64,000 nt of DNA, from IMG/VR virus record IMGVR_UViG_3300037333_000013, positions 1 through 64,000 of that record. The stretch is one strand, 5' to 3'. The notes below the pieces were generated by a model. That model made no database searches. It saw nothing but the letters and a program-made list of their open reading frames with translations, and was not told the DNA's origin. The position numbers were made by a program, and so were the translations under genes. Positions 57,799 through 64,000 of the stretch are shown here, one piece after another (position 1 is the stretch's first letter; every line of letters begins with the position of its first letter). Source of the DNA: a virus.

Positions 57799-59322
57799 AT
57801 GAATTCTGTTACACTTTTAGTAGATTGTATTCTACTGTTACTCTTAGAGAGTAAAGCAAATTTAGAGAACGAGAGTAGCCAGATGATACAGAAGTTACTA
57901 GATTATCAAGAGTCAACTTCTACACGATGGAATGTATCGGATGACAGTATCACGATGAAACTCTCTACCATTATTGCATCACTCTTATCTTCTGTAAATA
58001 AAGGTGAACCTATTGATGTGGATAGAACGGTGCGTATCTTAAAGATTGAAACTGCTACTACGAGTGATTTAGAGGGTGATGAAGATTTAAGAGATACCAT
58101 CTTAGATATGATTAAGTCTGTTGAGTCACTAGATGGTGATGAACTATACAGATACATTGATAATATTAGAGCTTCTGTTTCCGACGCTTATAACAATGAA
58201 GCACTAAAACGTTTCTTGCAGTCACAAACTATGGATATGAATAAACGAAACAACAGCAAGAGTTTTAGAGATAGGTTAGAGAGCTTGAGAGTTTACGTGG
58301 ATAAACTTGAAGATGGTTCTGGAGATAAAGATGACGCTATTCTATTTGAACTCGATTTGGACGACTTATCAAAACCAGAAGTGGTTGAGAAGCTTGAGTC
58401 TAGTATTGTTACAAAACATATCTTTAGAACTGGTTGGAAGGGCATTAACAGAATGTATCAGGGTGGTAGACGTGTTCCAGAGTTCTCTTCCGTTGGTGCA
58501 TTAACACACAACTATAAGTCTGGCTATCATCTCTCTATCTTTGCGAGTATTGTATTGTACAATAAACCTATTATGAGGGATAAAGGAAAGCCACTGGCGG
58601 TATACTTTAGCTTCGAAGATGATGTTATGCCTATCTTTGAGTTCTTATATCAATTGCTATACATTACTGAGACAGGTTCTGTACTAAAAGAGATTTCTGT
58701 TAAACCTGTTGATATGGTGCGAGACGTTGCTAAGAAGTTGCAGGCTAAGGGATTTGCTGTAAAGATTATTAAAATTGACCCTACAAGATGGTCTTATGTA
58801 TCATTTGTAAATAAGGTGAAGCGTTATATCGCACAGGGATACGACCCACAGATTGTCGATGTAGACTACTTTGAAAAACTCCCAACCACTGGCATTGATG
58901 CAAATGGTCCTATGGGATACGATAAGAAAGTACTTGTAAGGAAAGTCAGAAACTTCCTAGCTAGTATTGACGCGAGTGGGAGTACTCCGTGGCAGCTCTC
59001 TTCTAAGGCATCAGACTTAAAGAAAGATGGATTGACAGATAAAGACTTCTTATCATTCGTTGCACCAAAGCAATATTATCAAGGGAGTGCTACGTTAGGA
59101 AATGAAATGGATTTAGAGACATTTACCAATATCGTAGAGACAAACGACAATGGGTGTTGGCTTAATATTCATATGGGTAAACATAAAATACCGACAGTTG
59201 TAGATAAGAAGTACAAAAGTTACTTCCTACCATATCCACAAAATGGACCAATACCATTTGATATAGAGTTAGAAAATGAAATTGGTTCATATGATGTAAA
59301 AACACCAAATCCATTCTACTAA
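57799..59322 (+). CDS. dnaB: Replicative DnaB-like helicase (phiKZ gp118-like)
   Basis: TGWKGINRM.QGG, variant Walker A ALTHNYKS, SFED, VDY, TPWQLS, E.DLE, GKH. Confidence 0.85.
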   Translation: MNSVTLLVDCILLLLLESKANLENESSQMIQKLLDYQESTSTRWNVSDDSITMKLSTIIASLLSSVNKGEPIDVDRTVRILKIETATTSDLEGDEDLRDTILDMIKSVESLDGDELYRYIDNIRASVSDAYNNEALKRFLQSQTMDMNKRNNSKSFRDRLESLRVYVDKLEDGSGDKDDAILFELDLDDLSKPEVVEKLESSIVTKHIFRTGWKGINRMYQGGRRVPEFSSVGALTHNYKSGYHLSIFASIVLYNKPIMRDKGKPLAVYFSFEDDVMPIFEFLYQLLYITETGSVLKEISVKPVDMVRDVAKKLQAKGFAVKIIKIDPTRWSYVSFVNKVKRYIAQGYDPQIVDVDYFEKLPTTGIDANGPMGYDKKVLVRKVRNFLASIDASGSTPWQLSSKASDLKKDGLTDKDFLSFVAPKQYYQGSATLGNEMDLETFTNIVETNDNGCWLNIHMGKHKIPTVVDKKYKSYFLPYPQNGPIPFDIELENEIGSYDVKTPNPFY

Positions 59323-59331
59323 GGAAATCCT

Positions 59332-60084
59332 ATGTTTCTATTTAAAGACATTATTACACCAGACGTCTGTCGTAGACACACAGAGTTTCTCTATGTATAT
59401 GGTGATAATCTAAAGCACACAGGAACGGGTGGTCAAGCTATTATACGCGATGAGCCAAACAGTTTCGGAATACCAACAAAACATGAACCTACTCGTAGTC
59501 CAGCGGCATACTTCTCCGATAGAAGTGATGAAGTATCTGTTGTTGAGAGATATTTAAAAGAGCTTGATGAGATGAGTGATGGTGGTAGAGTCATTGTACT
59601 TCCTACTAACCCTGTTGGCACTGGCCTCGCTAAACTAGATGAGTGGTCCCCAAAGATAGCTAAAATGATACGCGATTGGTGGAGTAGCAAACCTAGATTA
59701 TACACGTCTAATTTCGCTAGTATAAAGAAAGACAGGTCTATTAGGGTGATTCCAATCACACGGTTTACACCTAAGTGGATTGATTGTGAATTTGAAATGA
59801 AAGAGTTATCTCCTAAATCACTCACTTTATTAAAGTATAAGAAAGGTGAGATTAACGATAAAGAGTATATCTATGCGTTTGATGATGTATTACGGGAGTT
59901 ACTACCACTAAACGTCATTGAGACGTGCATTGATAAAGATAGTGCGTTTACGTGCTTCTGTGGTAAGGGTGCGTTCTGTCATAGGCATCTAGTTGCTGAA
60001 TGGATTGAACGTGAGTTAGATATCATCATTAATGAGTTTGGGTATGAAAAAACAAAAAGAAAACTAGGTAAGCTGAGTAGATAG
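59332..60084 (+). CDS. Two-domain protein: macro-like VYGDN domain fused to a DUF488-like domain
   Basis: N-half YVYGDNL...GGQA.IR.EPN.FGIPTK...GTGLA; C-half YTSNF...P.W...LSP...C.C....FCHRHLVAEW. Confidence 0.7.
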   Translation: MFLFKDIITPDVCRRHTEFLYVYGDNLKHTGTGGQAIIRDEPNSFGIPTKHEPTRSPAAYFSDRSDEVSVVERYLKELDEMSDGGRVIVLPTNPVGTGLAKLDEWSPKIAKMIRDWWSSKPRLYTSNFASIKKDRSIRVIPITRFTPKWIDCEFEMKELSPKSLTLLKYKKGEINDKEYIYAFDDVLRELLPLNVIETCIDKDSAFTCFCGKGAFCHRHLVAEWIERELDIIINEFGYEKTKRKLGKLSR

Positions 60085-60104
60085 GGATTAATCCCTATCT
60101 ACTC
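60075..60104. terminator. Perfect 30-bp palindrome at convergent junction
   Basis: GAGTAGATAGGGATTAATCCCTATCTACTC. Confidence 0.65.
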
Positions 60105-60249
60105 TCTTCTTCATCATCTGACTTATCAGAACCTTTCCATTGACAAACGTTGTCTGATGTGAACCTCTAGGAACCCACCCACCATCAACAGCCTCCTTTA
60201 GTCGTTTATTAAATTTCTCTATTGTGGTTGTCAATAATTGATATTCCAT
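60088..60249 (-). CDS. Small DUF1737-like protein (53 aa)
   Basis: Not in the ORF track. MEYQLLTTTIEKFNKRLKEAVDGGWVPRGSH...SQMMKK; AAAGGA RBS, own promoter and leader. Confidence 0.65.
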   Translation of the reverse strand: MEYQLLTTTIEKFNKRLKEAVDGGWVPRGSHQTTFVNGKVLISQMMKKRVDRD

Positions 60250-60279
60250 AATTTATTCCTTTATTATATTAAATATTAT

Positions 60280-60338
60280 TCTGCATTACCAGATACAGGT
60301 CTATGTCTTCATACTATAATGCCTGACTATTATAGTAT
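60280..60338 (-). ncRNA. Leader RNA motif I, copy E
   Basis: AUACUAUAA-UAGUCAGGCA-UUAUAGUAU-GAAGAC-AUAGACCUG-UA-UCUG-GUAAUG-CAGA. Confidence 0.7.
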
Positions 60339-60342
60339 TAGT

Positions 60343-60392
60343 AATTCAATTACACCATAATAATATATAGGTAAAAAAAAAAGGCATACACA
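60343..60392 (-). repeat. 50-bp promoter cassette repeat (partner of 19512..19561), includes the early promoter at 60359-60367
   Basis: 49/50 identity by direct comparison. Confidence 0.85.
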
Positions 60393-60413
60393 ATGTCATA
60401 TGACATTGTGTAT
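60386..60413 (-). terminator. Intrinsic terminator (perfect 28-bp palindrome)
   Basis: ATACACAATGTCATATGACATTGTGTAT followed by T10 on the minus strand. Confidence 0.7.
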
Positions 60414-60417
60414 TCTA

Positions 60418-60840
60418 TCACTTCTTGAACACGTTCAAAATACCACGTTTACTAATCACTACGCACATATCTTCTGTAATGAATCCGATACAACTCACCC
60501 TCTCCTTAAATCCTCTCATTGTTTTAGGTACAGGATAGAGTTCTACTCCTTTATCACTCATCTTCTCACCCCGTAATTTCATCTTTTTATTACTGTTTGA
60601 CCTAACTAAGTTAAACAATCTTATGATTATCTTCTCCTCTATGTATGATACTCTTACGTTATCTACTGGCTTGAAATCAATTACCAGTTTATCATTATTC
60701 AATCGTAGTATATAACGATTCCCATTTGGTGCTGTTAGTTTCACTTTTCCGCATTTGCATTTTACACTACAAAACTCTGATAGTGTCAAAATCGCGTTTC
60801 TTGTTTGTTCTGTCTCATTCTTAATTAATGTGTTAATCAT
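60418..60840 (-). CDS. Hypothetical basic early protein
   Basis: Start MINTLIK at 60840 (GGAG RBS); promoter motif at 60899-60907. Confidence 0.65.
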   Translation of the reverse strand: MINTLIKNETEQTRNAILTLSEFCSVKCKCGKVKLTAPNGNRYILRLNNDKLVIDFKPVDNVRVSYIEEKIIIRLFNLVRSNSNKKMKLRGEKMSDKGVELYPVPKTMRGFKERVSCIGFITEDMCVVISKRGILNVFKK

Positions 60841-60863
60841 TCTTATCTCCATTACGTATTTTT

Positions 60864-60887
60864 GTTAAGTATTTCTACCGCAGCTGT
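60864..60887 (-). promoter_or_regulatory. Leader motif II, copy 4
   Basis: AACAGCUGC-GGUA-gaaa-UACU-UAAC. Confidence 0.45.
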
Positions 60888-60898
60888 TTATACATATC

Positions 60899-60907
60899 AA
60901 TAATATA
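60899..60907 (-). promoter_or_regulatory. Early promoter motif
   Basis: TATATTATTgataTGTA. Confidence 0.65.
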
Positions 60908-60947
60908 TATATATATAAACATAAATACTATTGCTAGTTAATATTAC

Positions 60948-60979
60948 ATACTATACGTAGGAAGACCTACGTATAGTAT
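60948..60979 (-). terminator. Terminator-like hairpin
   Basis: ATACTATACGTAGG-aaga-CCTACGTATAGTAT. Confidence 0.6.
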
Positions 60980-62115
60980 TATTTTTTATAGTTTGATGCG
61001 ATATCAATTGTCTTTAATAAGTCCATCAATAATGCATACCTTGAGAATAAAACAACGTGTGTCATATTGTATACGTCGAAGTATGTCGCATCTGGAAACG
61101 ACATTCCCCTCATAACTGGCATTGTTAAGTTTTGTAGCTTTGCTATCTCTTTATTTATATAGATTAACTCCTTCTCTACTTCATCGGTGAATGCTTTTGC
61201 ATCGTTCACGTCGAGTTCGAAGTTCGTTATCTTAAATGCATTTGAAGTTGTTGTGATAGAGAAGCGTTCTGAGAAGTCTACTTTATTTAAAGCTTTCTGA
61301 GCAAAGTTTCTTTCTATTACACCAACAGCAACAAAGTAGAAATTGTTTTGTGCTGTTGATGTTGCAATAAACTTCACATCACCATTATCAATTTCTGTCT
61401 TCATTCCATATATCTTCTTCGGAACCTTAAATTCACTCTCTTTACTAATCACACTTGATGTGAGTTTATCAATCGTTGTTGACTTGCATATCTTTAACAA
61501 CTCTTCTTTAATTGTTTTTGGTTCTTTGTCAGTGTCCCTGAACGTAAGAAGAAAGTCCATCGTCTCGTTCAGTGTATTCAGTTGTTCGGTAATGTCATCT
61601 TTGACGATACTATCCAATAACCCTTTCACGGAAGTGATGTCTTTTGCACGAGCATAAGCTAAGAAAGAACGATTGATATACCCTTCGTGTTTCTTTTCAA
61701 TAGGAACAACTTTCACTGGTAAGTCAGATAGGCGTTTTGATATAGCATCAGCTGGATGTTTCTTCAGTGCTAATGAGAGCCTCTTAGAAAAGTCTCCAGC
61801 ACTCTCCTTGACTTTCTGCATTCCACTCATAATAGAGCGACCAATAGCATCCAATGTCTCGTTCTCCACATCAAAAACTGCACCATATGCATCATCTTCA
61901 ATTTTGTGCTTTCCGAGTACCTTAAATGATACGTCGTGCTTCTCTGCAATTGAGAGTGCTTTATCAATAATGATTTCTTTTTCAACTTCACTATATGATT
62001 CTACATCGCCAGAGAATAGTTCTGATAAAGATGTGAGTTCAGACATCTCACTTAGTGCGTTTAATGTTATAGAGAGTGATGATGCACTCCCTGGATAACT
62101 TACTTTATATTTCAT
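60979..62115 (-). CDS. Probable internal head protein
   Basis: Acidic N-terminal propeptide with DVE motifs followed by an amphipathic helix. Confidence 0.5.
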   Translation of the reverse strand: MKYKVSYPGSASSLSITLNALSEMSELTSLSELFSGDVESYSEVEKEIIIDKALSIAEKHDVSFKVLGKHKIEDDAYGAVFDVENETLDAIGRSIMSGMQKVKESAGDFSKRLSLALKKHPADAISKRLSDLPVKVVPIEKKHEGYINRSFLAYARAKDITSVKGLLDSIVKDDITEQLNTLNETMDFLLTFRDTDKEPKTIKEELLKICKSTTIDKLTSSVISKESEFKVPKKIYGMKTEIDNGDVKFIATSTAQNNFYFVAVGVIERNFAQKALNKVDFSERFSITTTSNAFKITNFELDVNDAKAFTDEVEKELIYINKEIAKLQNLTMPVMRGMSFPDATYFDVYNMTHVVLFSRYALLMDLLKTIDIASNYKK

Positions 62116-62428
62116 CTATTCCCTCCACAATATTCAATACTGTTTTTGTATCAAACATATCAATCCACTCATATGCCTCTTTCTTAATGTTGTTAATGAA
62201 CATAATGGTTTCGTCTGTCGCTATCTCTTTCTCACCTCTATGATTTAAGAAGTAATTATCTTCTATACGCTTAGTGATAGTATCATGTTTAATACGTTTA
62301 CATAGATTCATCTCTCTAGAAAACATATTGAGTGCTTTTGGTACAGTAGCACCTTTTACAATCTTACCATACTGACTCTGAATAGACTTTACTCTATTCA
62401 CAATGTGATATATCCTACTTACAGACAT
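62105..62428 (-). CDS. Hypothetical protein
   Basis: 107-aa ORF coupled in operon. Confidence 0.6.
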   Translation of the reverse strand: MSVSRIYHIVNRVKSIQSQYGKIVKGATVPKALNMFSREMNLCKRIKHDTITKRIEDNYFLNHRGEKEIATDETIMFINNIKKEAYEWIDMFDTKTVLNIVEGIDEI

Positions 62429-63297
62429 TATACACCTCTCAGTGATGCTATCTTTTTATCGAGTTTCTGCACACGCTTCTCATAGTATGCAATAGCTTCA
62501 TCTGTCTCAACTGTGACATTCCCACGCTCTTTCTTCTCTCTTAGTTGTAGTAGTTTATACTCGACTAAGTACTTTGTATCTTCTGCTTTATCTGCACGAT
62601 ATAGTTCAAAGTCTACCCACCACTTACCAATCGCTTGAATAGGGTTTCCATTAAATCCATTGATTGGTAATTTAAATATTTTATCGAAGTTAGATGTTAC
62701 TTCATTTAGAACAGCTTCATTTTCAATCACACGTACGTCTGATAGCTTCCTAATGTCATTCATTACTTTTTTCACGTTTCCACGATAGATACGCATCATC
62801 TTCTCATACTTCTCTAAGCCATCTACAATATCTTCCGTTTTCTTCTTGTAGATAATCTGTGTCTCTTCGTTCAAGTTGTAAACAATCAACATCAATAACT
62901 CTGAGTAGTAATTCGCTAATGTATCAATGTGGTCTAATATATCTAACACTGCTGATTGTTTAATAGTGATTGTGTCCTGTATAGATATTTCTGGCATTAC
63001 TTCATCAATCAGTACATACGTCTCTGAAATCATCTCATAGATTGTCTCATAATCTACTTTTAACATAGCAACAATATCTGCCTCTGTTGATACATTGACA
63101 CCATGTGTTGCCAAGAGTTTAATTACTTTTGGTGCCTTTGTTGTTTTGAGTGTATCTTGTATAGAGAGACTATTTACTTTCATTGTCTCTTCTAAGACTC
63201 TCTTTAAAGAGTCTACTCCTATTAGCACATCTCTCTTTTTGATACTGTCAGTTGAACCGACAGACTTTTTAATCTCTCTAATTAAGTTACGTAGCAT
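62428..63297 (-). CDS. Virion head protein (phiKZ gp89/90-region-like)
   Basis: GFNGNPI..IG...RA...E......E.KL..L and I.YYE.R motifs. Confidence 0.55.
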   Translation of the reverse strand: MLRNLIREIKKSVGSTDSIKKRDVLIGVDSLKRVLEETMKVNSLSIQDTLKTTKAPKVIKLLATHGVNVSTEADIVAMLKVDYETIYEMISETYVLIDEVMPEISIQDTITIKQSAVLDILDHIDTLANYYSELLMLIVYNLNEETQIIYKKKTEDIVDGLEKYEKMMRIYRGNVKKVMNDIRKLSDVRVIENEAVLNEVTSNFDKIFKLPINGFNGNPIQAIGKWWVDFELYRADKAEDTKYLVEYKLLQLREKKERGNVTVETDEAIAYYEKRVQKLDKKIASLRGV

Positions 63298-63305
63298 TTT
63301 ATCTC

Positions 63306-64000
63306 CTAGTATTGTCTATTTGCTAAGAATTTCAAGATTTCACTTGTGTCATTCTTATCACTCTTCTTCAAGTCTTTATATGGTATGGACATCTCATCTT
63401 CTAAGTCGTGGATAAATATATCTGCCATCTCATAGTTATCGTCCATTGAAGCAAAAATCATTGACTTTGTAAATTCGAGTACTCTCTCTTTGTATCTCTT
63501 TTTACTCATATTTCCACGAACTAGCTTCTCGATACGCTCACGTTCATAGCTATTCGTATTGATACACTGGTAGAATCTAGCAAACCCCAACGCTTGCTTT
63601 TGTGCGAGTTTTGATACAGATACCATTTTCCTCTTATTCACAGCTAAGAGTAAATCATCTTTATCTTTAAGTCTATCTTCTTTATACTGTTTAATAATAT
63701 CAAGTGGTACGAAGAAGTTGAATGTAGAGATAACACCAGCTTTCTTATCATCCCACCTACTACTAAGTGAATTTGTATCACCTTCAACTTCTACCAGATT
63801 ATAGATAGATGATGGCTCTACATACTGTACACTTGCTGAGATAAGTACTCTGATTTTAATCTCCCTACTCTTCCCATTGTCTCCCTCTAAGTTTGCTGTC
63901 AATATCGCTTCTCTAAATACCTTTGTGATAGGTTTCTCTTTATCTAGTGTATCTCTTTCAGCATCTATGTTTAGACCTTTAATACCATTGTTTAAGAAGT
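63306..64000 (-). CDS. Virion structural protein, C-terminal part (runs off window end)
   Basis: The frame of the 63306..63902 ORF stays open to the window end; RW...KAG.I......DII..Y motif. Confidence 0.6.
   Translation of the reverse strand, partial: FLNNGIKGLNIDAERDTLDKEKPITKVFREAILTANLEGDNGKSREIKIRVLISASVQYVEPSSIYNLVEVEGDTNSLSSRWDDKKAGVISTFNFFVPLDIIKQYKEDRLKDKDDLLLAVNKRKMVSVSKLAQKQALGFARFYQCINTNSYERERIEKLVRGNMSKKRYKERVLEFTKSMIFASMDDNYEMADIFIHDLEDEMSIPYKDLKKSDKNDTSEILKFLANRQY

Noticed and set aside
57799-59322. Non-canonical DnaB Walker A (ALTHNYKS) as a sign of inactivation
   Set aside because: This variant is typical of phiKZ gp118-type helicases as I recall them.
5266-60392. Repeated intergenic elements as a CRISPR array or type III antitoxin repeats
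   Set aside because: The copies are dispersed singly, not tandem with spacers, and no cas or ToxN-like gene is nearby.
1-64000. Stop-codon reassignment and tRNA genes
   Set aside because: Core genes are intact under code 11 and end in TAA, TAG and TGA. No cloverleaf with T-loop GTTCRA context was seen in the intergenic regions.

Overview
This is an AT-rich, densely coding segment of a phiKZ-like (Chimalliviridae-type, probably nucleus-forming) jumbo phage. Recognisable core genes include the portal and its gp128-like partner, a virion RNAP gp96-like subunit, UvsX and SbcD/Mre11. Also present are the non-virion RNAP block (gp68-, gp69/PicA-, gp70-, gp71-73- and gp74-like), an intein-containing SF2 helicase, the major capsid protein, DnaB, head proteins, a tail-fibre module and a holin/GH108 endolysin pair. 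Accessory genes (MYG1, two TraB/GumN paralogs, SLOG, ThyX-like, RNase HI, macro-like, HNH, an HTH paralog array) mostly lie on the minus strand, many behind a 14-copy promoter motif TATATTATT-N4-YGTA. The most striking signal is non-coding. (i) A pseudoknotted leader RNA motif occurs in five dispersed copies with covariation in all three helices. (ii) A stand-alone ~140-nt small RNA has its own promoter and terminator, shares that motif's core words and displays an anti-Shine-Dalgarno loop. (iii) A second, shorter leader motif occurs in four copies. All phiKZ gp assignments come from recalled motifs and gene order, not from database searches. No tRNA, rRNA or CRISPR array was seen.
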